Below, piece by piece: positions 16,906-26,611 of a stretch of DNA of 64,000 nucleotides (position 1 is the stretch's first letter; each line of letters starts with the position of its first letter). The stretch is from NCBI GenBank assembly GCA_027622665.1, contig JAQBYT010000008.1:1-64000 (forward strand), given 5' to 3'. Under the pieces are notes generated by a model. It searched no databases. It worked only from the letters and a program-made list of their open reading frames with translations, and had not been told where the DNA came from. A program made the position numbers and the translations under genes. The DNA comes from Verrucomicrobiota bacterium (GTDB taxonomy: Bacteria; Verrucomicrobiota; Verrucomicrobiia; Opitutales; Seribacteraceae).

Positions 16906-17678
16906 ACTCGGAGGACAATCAGATTTCCCACGCCATCGTTTCCGCCAAAGGTGTTTCCCTTGCGTATGGTGACTACGTTGTGTTGCGCAACGTCACTTTT
17001 AACGCGATTAGGGGGCAAGCTCTAGTCGTCATGGGAGGCAGTGGTTGCGGAAAGAGCACCTTGCTGAAATCGCTGATTGGTCTTCTCGAACCCGTTTCCG
17101 GGTCGATTCGGTACGGAGATCAGGATTTCTGGGCAAGCGACAATCAAACACGTGATGAAATCTCAAGACGCTTTGGTATCCTTTATCAAGGTGGAGCTCT
17201 ATGGAGTTCGATGAGTCTGTTGGAAAACGTCTCCTTGCCACTCGAGATGAATACCGAACTCTCGCCCAAGGAAGTAAGAGAGATTGCCGAGTACAAACTA
17301 TCTCTGGTGGGACTTTCAGGCTTCGGGGACTTTCGACCTGCTCAGCTCAGTGGCGGTATGCGTAAGCGTGGCGGACTGGCTCGAGCCATGTCCCTCGATC
17401 CTGAAATCCTCTTTTTTGACGAACCTTCCGCCGGCCTTGACCCGCTGAGTTCGAGACGATTGGACGACCTCATACTTGAGCTCAAGGAGACTTTGGGCAT
17501 AACCTTCATTGTCGTGACGCACGAACTGCCCAGCATTTTTGCCATTGCGGATGACTCCATATTCCTCGATGCGGAGACCAAGACTCTTTTAGCCTGCGGT
17601 CATCCGGCAACTCTCAGGGACGAATGTCCGGAGGAAAAGGTGCGACGCTTCCTTCTGCGGCAATCGAACTTCTCTTAA
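16902..17678 (+). CDS. mlaF: MlaF-family ABC ATPase
   Basis: GGSGCGKS, LSGGMRKR, FFDEPSAGLDP, VTHEL; ATGA overlap with mlaE. Confidence 0.92.
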   Translation: MNSEDNQISHAIVSAKGVSLAYGDYVVLRNVTFNAIRGQALVVMGGSGCGKSTLLKSLIGLLEPVSGSIRYGDQDFWASDNQTRDEISRRFGILYQGGALWSSMSLLENVSLPLEMNTELSPKEVREIAEYKLSLVGLSGFGDFRPAQLSGGMRKRGGLARAMSLDPEILFFDEPSAGLDPLSSRRLDDLILELKETLGITFIVVTHELPSIFAIADDSIFLDAETKTLLACGHPATLRDECPEEKVRRFLLRQSNFS

Positions 17679-17725
17679 CTCTAGCGTTGCGACCCATGCT
17701 TTCATGCTATTAACCTAATTGTAAA

Positions 17726-18628
17726 GTGAAGAGAAAAGGACACGCTACTCTTGTTGGCGCTTTTGTCGTTGGGGCTTTTGCAGTCTTGGTCGGCTTTGTT
17801 GTGTTTACAGGAGGTTTGACCAGCTTGCGCGATAAAAACGAGAGATTTGTCCTCGTGTTTCGTGAAAATATATATGGCCTTAAAGAAGGTGGCAAGGTCA
17901 CCTTGAACGGGGTGCGCATTGGCCGAGTAGAACGCTTTTTCTTGGGTTCGGCCGAGCAGGACGCGCCAGTTCCCATCCTTGTTGAAATCGATCGGAGGCT
18001 AGTTCTGCGCCATATGGATGAGGCAGGTAACGAACTGTTTGATTCCGATGGTGAATTTCGGCACGACGTTCTTCCACGCATCCAAGGACAGCTTGTGCAA
18101 GAAAGCTTTGTCACGGGCATACAGTACGTCAATCTGGAGTACCATTCATCGCAAGCTGATGCGAATATGACTACCCGGCATGGATACCCACAGATTGTCA
18201 CTCAAGCATCAACCATGGAACAACTAAGTGAAAACTTAGATCCGGAGTACATCGGAAAGCAGCTTACGAGCTTGTTGAAAACAGCAAACCTAAGGTTGGA
18301 GGAACTGAATGTCATTGCCATTAAGGATTCCTTCACCTCGTCATCTCAGCAGTTCGATGTTTTCATCGATGAATTTAGTAAAAATTTCGTTCCGCTCGGC
18401 CCAAAACTAGGAGTTGCCTCGGATGAAGCCACCCTGACGATGGCTGAATTGAGAAAACTGTCTCTGGCTCTCAATGAAATGCTGGATCCCTCATCCGATT
18501 TCCGTTTCGACTTTGGCGAAACGCTGCATGAGATTTCTGCCAGCATGAAGGCTATCAAAAACCTTGCCGAACTTCTCGAGCGTAATCCTCAATCGATAAT
18601 CAGAGGAAAGGGCGAAGACCAACAATGA
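17726..18628 (+). CDS. mlaD: MCE/MlaD-family protein
   Basis: N-terminal TM helix, GLKEGGKVTLNGVRIGRV MCE motif, helical C-terminus ending LERNPQSIIRG. Confidence 0.88.
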   Translation: MKRKGHATLVGAFVVGAFAVLVGFVVFTGGLTSLRDKNERFVLVFRENIYGLKEGGKVTLNGVRIGRVERFFLGSAEQDAPVPILVEIDRRLVLRHMDEAGNELFDSDGEFRHDVLPRIQGQLVQESFVTGIQYVNLEYHSSQADANMTTRHGYPQIVTQASTMEQLSENLDPEYIGKQLTSLLKTANLRLEELNVIAIKDSFTSSSQQFDVFIDEFSKNFVPLGPKLGVASDEATLTMAELRKLSLALNEMLDPSSDFRFDFGETLHEISASMKAIKNLAELLERNPQSIIRGKGEDQQ

Positions 18629-19254
18629 AGTCTAAAACGGTCAGTATTATTATTTTCATTACCCTAATACTCTTCGGCGCCTGTGTAAGTGTAGTGCCCA
18701 AGTCGACCCATGTCGAATCCACGAATTATTTACTTACTCCCGTGGACTCGAATCTATCCATCTCAGATTCGGACTTTCTGAACGGTACGTCTTTTTATGT
18801 CCGTCAGGTAGAGCTACCTCCCTATCTGGAAGGCAGTGGATTAGTTTCTCGTACGGAGTCGAACAAGGTTAAGTTCTCCAACTTGCATCGCTGGGGAGAA
18901 CCGCTCGACGAAGGAATCGCTCGCGTTGTGGCTAAAAATCTATCGATCGTGCTGGGTACGCTTAACTATTCTGCATACCCTCACCGCAAAAAACCTCAAT
19001 GCGACTTGGAAATCGGGTTACATCTAGAACGGTTTGAGAAAGTTTCAGGAGCAAAGGTGACCCTGGTCGGGACATGGCAACTTTTCCGTGACAATCAGCA
19101 AGTTTATACCGAAGCCTTGGCTGAAAAAATCAAACTTCCATCATCTGCCACCGATCTGGATGAAACTTCCCAGGTCGCGGCGCTCAGTCAAACGCTTAGA
19201 AAAGTTTCCGAGCATATTGCCGCCGGGTTGGTCCGACGCTTGGAGACTGAATAA
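18625..19254 (+). CDS. PqiC-like ABC transport auxiliary lipoprotein
   Basis: Lipobox LFGAC; VELPPYL...HRWGEPLDEGI motif. Confidence 0.82.
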   Translation: MKSKTVSIIIFITLILFGACVSVVPKSTHVESTNYLLTPVDSNLSISDSDFLNGTSFYVRQVELPPYLEGSGLVSRTESNKVKFSNLHRWGEPLDEGIARVVAKNLSIVLGTLNYSAYPHRKKPQCDLEIGLHLERFEKVSGAKVTLVGTWQLFRDNQQVYTEALAEKIKLPSSATDLDETSQVAALSQTLRKVSEHIAAGLVRRLETE

Positions 19255-19299
19255 TTCCGAACTGGAGAGATAAAGCATATTCGCACGAAAGAATTCTAG

Positions 19300-19584
19300 A
19301 TGGCTGCATTCTTTGCCGTGGTGGTTATCCTGCTTGGGGTATGTGGAGTGACTTTTATATATCTGCACACGCGTACTAAAGACATGCAACGTTTAGACGC
19401 GGAAATGAGCGAAGATTTCTCAGAAGAATTTGAGCTCGATGACCAAGGGCAACCTTCGGAGAAAGGCATGGAAGAGATGGTTGAGTGGTTAGAGGATGAT
19501 CTCCGGGAAAGCCGCCTCGGTCAATCGGTGGAAATCGAAAGTTTTCAAGAACTCCCTCAAAGACATAGCGATGAAATCTCATGA
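19300..19584 (+). CDS. Small single-pass membrane protein with acidic tail
   Basis: N-terminal hydrophobic helix followed by an E/D-rich region; fills the gap on the operon strand. Confidence 0.6.
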   Translation: MAAFFAVVVILLGVCGVTFIYLHTRTKDMQRLDAEMSEDFSEEFELDDQGQPSEKGMEEMVEWLEDDLRESRLGQSVEIESFQELPQRHSDEIS

Positions 19585-19740
19585 TGTTTTCCCCCTACCG
19601 ATTCGCATTTGCGTACAGACAGTTCGCTCCACCAAGTATTACATGACATATGCAACCTTCGGTTTGAAAATAGACCTACCCTCATCCCTTTTTTCTGGAA
19701 TCTTGCTGGTCCTATGTCTAAATTGATGTTCTTTAAATCT

Positions 19741-21090
19741 ATGAAATACTTAATGAAGTTTCTAAACTGCTTTCTCGTAACCATTTTCAGTTTCTCCGCT
19801 CAGGCAGAGAATTGGGCCAATTGGCGCGGACCGAATCACGATGGGTCTACCTCCTCGGCAAAACCGGTGCCCGTTAAGTTCGATGCCAAGGACCGAGTGA
19901 AGTGGAAAGTTCCTCTTCCCGGCGCCTCATCAGGTACGCCAATAGTCTGGGACGATCGCGTCTTCATCTCTTCCATTCGAATCTCAGACCCAAAAACCGG
20001 TACCGGACAACTACTTGCCATGTGCGTGGATCGATCAACTGGGAAAATTCTCTGGGAACAAAACGCCGGGAGTGGTTATCGACCGGGAAAAGGGGACGGC
20101 TTTGATTATCAGCTCGATTCCAAGGCAACCTATGCGAACGCTTCTCCTGTAACCGATGGTAACCTCGTAGTATTTTCTTACGGCAATGGCGACTTGGTTG
20201 CCTACGACATGGGAGGCAAGGAACTTTGGCGCCGCAACATACAAAAAGATTATGGCGATTTCTGTTTTCAGTGGACTTTTTCCGCATCTGCCACTCTTCA
20301 CGCAGGCAAGTTATATCTTCCGGTGCTTCAAAGGAACGAGCCTGTCCATGGCAGAGGCAAACCCAACGCCCCTTCCTTCCTTCTCTGTATGAATCCCCAA
20401 ACAGGTAAGACCATTTGGCAGCATAAGCGACACTCGGACGCCAATAAGGAATCACTTGAGTCTTTCGGCACGATTATCCCTTACAAAGGCCAATTGCTCG
20501 TCGCCGGCGGAGATGTTCTCACGGGACATGATCCCGCTACCGGAAATGAAATTTGGCGTTGGGGAACATGGAATCCCGGACACAAGGAACCGTGGTGGCG
20601 CCTTGTGCCTTCTCCTGTCGCAGGTTCGGGCGTGGTTCTTGTCTGCGCCCCAAAGACGGCACCCGTTTATGCGGTCAAACTTGGTTTCACCAGCACCAGG
20701 TCGGGCAAGGACGACTTAGCTTGGGAAAGTTCAGCCAATCCCCAAGTTACCTCCGACGTACCCACTCCACTCTTTGATGGCGGGAAGTTCTATGTCCTTA
20801 GCGATCTCAAGAAAACATTATCTTGCATCCAACCGAACAGCGGCAAGGTGGAGTGGTCTACGGTTATGCCCGGGAAATACAAGTGGCGAGCTTCTCCAAC
20901 GGCTGCATCCGGAAAAATCTATACAATGAACCATAACGGCGAGGTTGTTGTGATAGATGCCAAAGACGGTTCGATTATCCACTCTGCAAAGATGGGCAAA
21001 AACTACGACGACAACACCCGAGCCTCGGTTGCTATTTCGGATGGTCAACTGTTTATCCGTACCAACGAACATTTGTATTGCATTCATTAG
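19741..21090 (+). CDS. PQQ-like (BamB-type) beta-propeller secreted protein
   Basis: Signal peptide then ENWANWRGPNHDG; repeated D-x-x-T-G-K-x-x-W blades; C-terminal LFIRT..HLYCI. Start 19741 or 19753. Confidence 0.88.
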   Translation: MKYLMKFLNCFLVTIFSFSAQAENWANWRGPNHDGSTSSAKPVPVKFDAKDRVKWKVPLPGASSGTPIVWDDRVFISSIRISDPKTGTGQLLAMCVDRSTGKILWEQNAGSGYRPGKGDGFDYQLDSKATYANASPVTDGNLVVFSYGNGDLVAYDMGGKELWRRNIQKDYGDFCFQWTFSASATLHAGKLYLPVLQRNEPVHGRGKPNAPSFLLCMNPQTGKTIWQHKRHSDANKESLESFGTIIPYKGQLLVAGGDVLTGHDPATGNEIWRWGTWNPGHKEPWWRLVPSPVAGSGVVLVCAPKTAPVYAVKLGFTSTRSGKDDLAWESSANPQVTSDVPTPLFDGGKFYVLSDLKKTLSCIQPNSGKVEWSTVMPGKYKWRASPTAASGKIYTMNHNGEVVVIDAKDGSIIHSAKMGKNYDDNTRASVAISDGQLFIRTNEHLYCIH

Positions 21091-21141
21091 CATAAATTTA
21101 AATAGTATCGCCCCCTTTAACATTTCCCACCCACCACACCC

Positions 21142-21186
21142 GCGCCGGGCGGTACCCGCCAACACCGCCGCCCGGCGCTTTTTTTT
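21142..21186 (+). terminator. Rho-independent terminator
   Basis: Perfect 11-bp stem GCGCCGGGCGG / CCGCCCGGCGC with a 15-nt loop, followed by T8. Confidence 0.85.
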
Positions 21187-21213
21187 GCCTAGATTGCCAC
21201 CTCGTTTTTTGTC

Positions 21214-22116
21214 ATGTTAAAAAGCATGTCTTACTTGTGTGCCTTATTTAACCGAGAGGGTTGGCTCGCCTTCATTGTTTTCGTTTCTGCACCGGTGTTC
21301 TCTTCCGCTCAAGGTAACAACATTGGTGATTACAGTTCTCTGGACAATCGGGCTCAATCATTATCCGAGAGGCTTAACGCCCACGAAGCCTTGTTAGCCG
21401 AAATTCTCTCGAGACCAGATCCAACAAACCCAAGCCCGAGACCACCTCGACCGATACCCCCGCAATCCGTTCCGCCTGCTCCCCAACCCGGAATTATTCC
21501 CGGCGGACGTCTCCCGGCTCCTCGATACGACCAGTCACAGACTTCCGATACATCAACGCCAACTCCTGCCTCTCAATGGGGAAAACCCGAGATACCATTG
21601 CGTAACGATGGTTACTACCTTGGAATCGTAGGAGGCAATGTACTGCCACTGGATGGTGCCGTCCGGTGGCAACAATCTCCACCAGCTAGTGGAATGGCTA
21701 GTGTCCCCATGCAGTTCGATAAAGGGTATCTTGCCGGCGTGTTGTTGGGGCGCGACTTCGGGTTTATTCGAGTAGAGGGTGAACATAATGCCATCCATTA
21801 CGACCAGAAGAATGGAACAGGTTCAGCGGGAATACACCCGGTACTGTTTCGCTGCATTTTTGAAAAAGAAGTTGGAACACGAGTAGATTTACGAGCTGGT
21901 GTCGGAGCGGGAATCACACTTGCCAAGTTGAATGACGGAAGTAACTCGTATCGTGACGGTAGTTTTTGCTATGACTTCCTTTTAGGAATCGGTACACGTT
22001 TCAACAAAACCCTATCGATGAATTTTGATTATCGCTACTTCCTCACGGCAGCTAGTGATCATTACGAGCAGCTTCGAAGCAACTTACTTACCGCAAGCCT
22101 ACAGTTCGACTTGTAG
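21214..22116 (+). CDS. Outer-membrane beta-barrel protein (OmpA/Opa-like barrel) with Pro-rich N-terminal linker
   Basis: Signal peptide, Pro-rich region, amphipathic strands (GYYLG, LGRDFGFIRVEGE, FDYRY), ends SLQFDL. Confidence 0.75.
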   Translation: MLKSMSYLCALFNREGWLAFIVFVSAPVFSSAQGNNIGDYSSLDNRAQSLSERLNAHEALLAEILSRPDPTNPSPRPPRPIPPQSVPPAPQPGIIPGGRLPAPRYDQSQTSDTSTPTPASQWGKPEIPLRNDGYYLGIVGGNVLPLDGAVRWQQSPPASGMASVPMQFDKGYLAGVLLGRDFGFIRVEGEHNAIHYDQKNGTGSAGIHPVLFRCIFEKEVGTRVDLRAGVGAGITLAKLNDGSNSYRDGSFCYDFLLGIGTRFNKTLSMNFDYRYFLTAASDHYEQLRSNLLTASLQFDL

Positions 22117-22251
22117 GAATAAGCAGTGGGCGATCGTTTCGGATCGACGACTTATTCAAATGGTTTTACTGGCGTTATGTGGTTCGTTATTTTGAAATAG
22201 CTGCGAAAAGGCTTTTCGGAATGCATTTCAAGCGCGATAGTTTTGCTTTCC

Positions 22252-23217
22252 ATGAGAAGAATTGATTGTCACGTACACCTTGTCGGGGATGGTTCCTCAG
22301 GTAGCGGTTGTAGGTTCCGCGCATCCAACCTGTTCCGTTCTCTTGCAGCGCGTTATTTGCTTCGCACTACGGGGTTGCCTTCCTCGGTCCTGCGGGGTGG
22401 GTTGGACGAGGCTTATGTCGCTAAACTGTTGTCACTGGTAAAAGCTTCCTCGATCGATGCTGCGGTCTTGCTTGCGATGGATATGCCTCGGTCTGACGAT
22501 GGACATGTTCTAGAGGACAAAGCGAACTTTTACGTACCCAATGAACGCGTATTGGAACTTGCCGCTAAGCACGAGGAGTTCATTCCGGCCTGTTCCATTC
22601 ACCCCGGTCGACCCGACGCGATGGAGGAATTGGAGAAGTGTATCGAGGGAGGAGCCAAGGTGATGAAACTCCTGCCTAACTGTCACAACGTGAATTGCTC
22701 CGATTCTGATTTTCGGCCGTTCTGGGAACGCATGGCAAAGGCGGGCATGCTATTTCTCGCTCATACGGGAGGGGAATATACCATACCCGTTCTCAACAAA
22801 GAATATGCCGACCCCAGAGTATTGCGTCTACCCGCCGAGTGCGGGGTGGTTTCCATCGCGGCGCACGCTGCAGGGCGTAGCGGTCTGTTCGATCCCGACT
22901 ATACTGGCGAACTGATCAAGATGTTTTGGAATTATCCCAATCTCTTTGCCGACAACAGTGCCCTCGCGACCCCAAACCGTTGGCGAACGATCAAGCAGTT
23001 GCTCCCTCCAGAGGTTTGTTCTCGAGTTCTTCATGGGAGCGACTTCCCAGTCCCATCGGGCGGTTTTGGCCCTTGGGTTGGCCGTCAGCTAAAGTGGACG
23101 GACTTCCGATCAATCTCCCGCGAATCAAATACAATCGAGAGAGACGCCTTGCTCAAGACGGCAATCGGTTTCCCCGAAGAAACCTTTACTAGACTGGACA
23201 GCTTGTTGCCGAACTAG
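22252..23217 (+). CDS. Amidohydrolase_2-family metal-dependent hydrolase
   Basis: IDCHVH, SIHP, HTGGE, AAH, HGSDFP. Confidence 0.88.
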   Translation: MRRIDCHVHLVGDGSSGSGCRFRASNLFRSLAARYLLRTTGLPSSVLRGGLDEAYVAKLLSLVKASSIDAAVLLAMDMPRSDDGHVLEDKANFYVPNERVLELAAKHEEFIPACSIHPGRPDAMEELEKCIEGGAKVMKLLPNCHNVNCSDSDFRPFWERMAKAGMLFLAHTGGEYTIPVLNKEYADPRVLRLPAECGVVSIAAHAAGRSGLFDPDYTGELIKMFWNYPNLFADNSALATPNRWRTIKQLLPPEVCSRVLHGSDFPVPSGGFGPWVGRQLKWTDFRSISRESNTIERDALLKTAIGFPEETFTRLDSLLPN

Positions 23218-23262
23218 GCAAAGACCTCATCAACGAAGTAAGGAGGAGCCTCTCGTGCTTTT

Positions 23263-23766
23263 TCAGTGTCCGGAGCAACCACAGTCTGAATCTGAACCGG
23301 ACTCCATTGGGTGCCCGTGTTCAATCTCAAGAGAGGTGGCGTCACGTATGTCGCGAACGGTTGCTTCAAAAGAAATCGTTTTTCCCGCCATGGGATGATT
23401 CCGGTCCAAGGTTACGTGCGTGTCCGTCACCTCCTGAACACATATGGTCTCGGGATGACCATCCGGGCCAGGCACTTCGAATTGGCTTCCTGTGACGAAG
23501 CTCATATCCTTGGAGAACTTTGATCGCTCAATGGTTTCAACGAGCTCCTCGCTTCGTTCCCCAAAAGCTTCGTCCGGAGACAACTTTAGTTTGACCCATG
23601 CTCCGACTTCTTTGTCTGCCAACGCGTCTTCGATCGCAGGCATCAACTGACCATGACCAAAGAGAAAGCCTGTCGGACTCGTTTCTCGAGTATCTTCTAG
23701 CGTTTCATCTTCACCGTTTTTCATCAGGTAGTTGACGAACACGACCTTGTCTTTCTCTATCTTCAT
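23263..23766 (-). CDS. slyD: FKBP-type peptidyl-prolyl isomerase, SlyD-like
   Basis: MKIEKDKVV, DEAFGER, DRNHPMAGKT, IRDAT..EIEHGH and a Cys/His tail. Confidence 0.9.
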   Translation of the reverse strand: MKIEKDKVVFVNYLMKNGEDETLEDTRETSPTGFLFGHGQLMPAIEDALADKEVGAWVKLKLSPDEAFGERSEELVETIERSKFSKDMSFVTGSQFEVPGPDGHPETICVQEVTDTHVTLDRNHPMAGKTISFEATVRDIRDATSLEIEHGHPMESGSDSDCGCSGH

Positions 23767-23816
23767 TCTCGTAGCTTAATTTTCAGGAAAGGGTAGGCAA
23801 TTGAGAAAAGCAGATA

Positions 23817-24578
23817 TTATGAAAGGAGTTTTCCCAGAATGCGGGGCAGGGGGGACTCGGTGTAAAACTTAATGGGGGTGCCTTGATGCTTGAAATCAAG
23901 CTCGATGGATGTGGCGTGAAGACAAAGACGTTCGACTCGGGATGCTCGGGCGATCTTTCGATTCAAGGCGAAGTCGCCATAGATTCGGTCACCGACGATC
24001 GGGAAACCTCGTGTGGACGCTTGGACCCGCAATTGGTGTGTGCGACCGGTGATGGGCTCTAGTCGAACAAGTGACAAGCCGAGACGACCCACTCGCCTGC
24101 GTTCGAAAGTTACCTTGGCGAGAGCTTCGTGACCCCGACCTGCCTTTACTCTGAGCTTACCGTCTTCTCGAACTTCCTCCAAGCGATCCTTCCAGTGGCC
24201 ATCCCTTGCTTTCCCTTTTTCCCGAACTATGGCGTAGTAGGTCTTGTGCGTCTCGCGTTCAGCGAAGCTCTTTCTCAAGGAGGCGGCGAGATCGGCGGAA
24301 AAGGTGGCAAGCAAGACTCCAGAGGTGGGGGAGTCGAGACGGTGAACGAGATGGAGGGAGCGATTACCTCCGGTGTCGTCCACCCAAGTATAGCGTTCCT
24401 CTGCGAAATCGTAGTCCGCACGAAGGAGTGTTCGGGCCTTCTTCTCGTCCTTGCGATTCGGATGCGTCAGAACGCCAACTGGTTTATCGATGGCAATGAG
24501 TCCGGACGGGTGGTGGTCCAGAATCTTGGCTTCTCGATCGAGGGGTAGGTCCTCGAAGTCGGGGAAAGGTTCCGTCAT
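23817..24578 (-). CDS. RluA-family pseudouridine synthase
   Basis: DKPVG, HRLDSPTSG, TGRTHQLRV, PIVGDRIYG, RLCLH. Confidence 0.92.
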   Translation of the reverse strand: MTEPFPDFEDLPLDREAKILDHHPSGLIAIDKPVGVLTHPNRKDEKKARTLLRADYDFAEERYTWVDDTGGNRSLHLVHRLDSPTSGVLLATFSADLAASLRKSFAERETHKTYYAIVREKGKARDGHWKDRLEEVREDGKLRVKAGRGHEALAKVTFERRRVGRLGLSLVRLEPITGRTHQLRVQASTRGFPIVGDRIYGDFALNRKIARASRVERLCLHATSIELDFKHQGTPIKFYTESPLPRILGKLLS

Positions 24579-25666
24579 CTGTAGAGAAAATTAATGGTCA
24601 CCTCATCCGAGGATCCAAAGTCCTCTATCATTTTGGCGCTCCATTTGCCAAATGGTTCTCTCGACACAATGGCTTGTCGACAGATCTCCACGGATACGGA
24701 GTCACTGCTCTCGTCGAGCCGGTGTAGTTTGTGAATCCGACCGCCTGCATCGAGAGTGAATCGTAAAGTGACCTTTGGAGGAAGCCTGTCTCGCCTAAGG
24801 AATTGGCGAGAACCATGGGCTAACTGGGACCATTGGTCCTCGATCGCCTGAAGCATTTCCTGCACATAGGCGCCATAAGGATGAAGGCGGCACTCGATTG
24901 CCACCTTGCCGATGCGGGGAGCATTGGCAACCGTACTCATAATCGGTCCTCGAATCAGGTCTGCCGAGATTCGTGGTCTGGGACGCGGAGTAGGTTTAAT
25001 ATTAGGTCGGGCAGTGGGCTCGACTACGGCGATCGATGTCTTATCCGGAATGTCCGTCAGTACAAGTTGTCGGCGACTTTCGGTGTCATTCTCTTTGGCT
25101 TCCACTTTCTTGACGGTCGTTCCTTCGTTGTCATCCACTTTTGCCAAATCCAATGGAGCTTCAGGCGGATTGGCGGAATTCTCATCCTTGCCGACGGGAG
25201 ACCCTCTTTCGAAGTCCTTGGCTGTTTCGGGATCGACTGCAACCGAGGGGAGAGGTTCGGCAGGTGCGACGGGAACACCATCAGGCACGATTTTCTGTGA
25301 GTCCGGTTTATCTCCTTCGATCTTTGGCGTTTCGGAAACACTTTCAGAGGCAACCTCCTCGGCTTGGGCGGCTTGTTGATCGCGAAAAGAGAAATTGTCT
25401 GTTTCGTCGGGTGGGTTTTCGGGGGCATCGGGGTTGGCTTCCACGAAACGAGGCTTGAGGGCCCGCGGAAGGGATACGGGTTCCCAGGTCACTTCCACCT
25501 CTCTGGCCACTTCGCGATCAGCAGACACCCAACGAGCCTTGTTCGGCAGCAACCGGGCCAGCAACTCCGGGGCCACTAGGCAAGTAACCAAGGCCGCCGT
25601 CAAGCCAGCGGAGAAGGCTAGGGGATCGCCCGAGCGTGGAGCGACACGCAACTTATTCTTCTTCAC
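24575..25666 (-). CDS. TonB/TolA-like energy transducer protein (TM anchor, Pro/acidic linker, C-terminal domain)
   Basis: N-terminal hydrophobic helix; long P/E-rich linker; C-terminal YGAYVQEMLQAIEDQW...VTLRFTLDAGG...AI...PF...INFLY. Confidence 0.7.
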   Translation of the reverse strand: MKKNKLRVAPRSGDPLAFSAGLTAALVTCLVAPELLARLLPNKARWVSADREVAREVEVTWEPVSLPRALKPRFVEANPDAPENPPDETDNFSFRDQQAAQAEEVASESVSETPKIEGDKPDSQKIVPDGVPVAPAEPLPSVAVDPETAKDFERGSPVGKDENSANPPEAPLDLAKVDDNEGTTVKKVEAKENDTESRRQLVLTDIPDKTSIAVVEPTARPNIKPTPRPRPRISADLIRGPIMSTVANAPRIGKVAIECRLHPYGAYVQEMLQAIEDQWSQLAHGSRQFLRRDRLPPKVTLRFTLDAGGRIHKLHRLDESSDSVSVEICRQAIVSREPFGKWSAKMIEDFGSSDEVTINFLYR

Positions 25667-25708
25667 GAGAAACAGAAATAACTCGTAAAGCTAATCGAAG
25701 CAACGCCT

Positions 25709-26611
25709 TTAGACGTCGCAAACTTCAGCCGCGTGACGCAAGGCGAGCGACTTGTCTTTCCAAGTGGGGATGAACTCCTGGGCGACGTAGCCGTCGTAAC
25801 CCGTTTCAACGATTGCGCGCATCACCGCAGGATAGTTGATCTCTTGGGTGTCGTCTAGTTCGGCTCTACCGGGATTCCCTGCAGTGTGGTAATGGCCGAT
25901 GACGTCCTTGTATTGGCGAATGCGCCGAATGACGTCCCCATTCATAATCTGTACGTGGTAGACGTCGAAGAGTAACTTGAAACTAGGCGAGCCGATTTTT
26001 TCAATCATCTTTACACAATGGTCAACGTCGTCGCCGAAATAGCCGGGATGACCCTTCATCGGGTGCGTGTCGTCTCGTGAGTTTAGATGTTCCAGACAGA
26101 GCGTGATCTTTTTCTTCTCCGCCAAAGGGATTACCTTTTTCCAGCAGTCGATGCAGTTCTTTTCAGCCTCCGCGGCGTCAATGCCCTTTTCCTTCATCCC
26201 CGTAAAGGTAATGACCCGCTTGTAACCTGCTTCGGCGCACAACTCGATGGCCTCGGTGAGCTTTTTTATGCACTCGTCGTGATTCCTCGGATCTACGGGG
26301 CCCTTCTTGAATCCGTGACTGCCGACCAAGGAAACGTCCATTCCGAGTTTCCGAACAAGCGGATAATGTTCCCGGGATATACCCTCCATCGCCACTAACC
26401 CGACGTTCTTGGAAAGCTTGGCCAGTTCGGGCGTCGGCATCGGATTGAAGGTCCAGCCCATGATGGACTGCTTGATCCTGCCTTTCTTTATTCGATAATT
26501 GGGATTAGCCTTCTTCTTGGCCATTTGGGCACTGGAAGTGGCGGGAGCGATGCTAATTCCCGCCACAGTCGCGGCGGCAGTCTTTAGGGCGGAACGGCGA
26601 GTAAGTTTCAT
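25709..26611 (-). CDS. Tat-exported xylose-isomerase-like TIM-barrel protein (hydroxypyruvate isomerase-like)
   Basis: MKLTRRSALK twin-arginine signal; LEHLNS, LLFDVYHVQ, HYHTAGNPGR, QEFIP; ATG 26611 overlaps the upstream stop. Confidence 0.88.
   Translation of the reverse strand: MKLTRRSALKTAAATVAGISIAPATSSAQMAKKKANPNYRIKKGRIKQSIMGWTFNPMPTPELAKLSKNVGLVAMEGISREHYPLVRKLGMDVSLVGSHGFKKGPVDPRNHDECIKKLTEAIELCAEAGYKRVITFTGMKEKGIDAAEAEKNCIDCWKKVIPLAEKKKITLCLEHLNSRDDTHPMKGHPGYFGDDVDHCVKMIEKIGSPSFKLLFDVYHVQIMNGDVIRRIRQYKDVIGHYHTAGNPGRAELDDTQEINYPAVMRAIVETGYDGYVAQEFIPTWKDKSLALRHAAEVCDV

Noticed and set aside
21100..21186. Leader-peptide attenuator or riboswitch before the beta-barrel gene
   Set aside because: No start codon for a leader peptide and no recognisable aptamer; a plain intrinsic terminator explains it.
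22117..22160. Hairpin GAATAAG...CTTATTC as another attC
   Set aside because: It lacks the AAC/GTT R boxes and L-box geometry; more likely a weak terminator-like stem.
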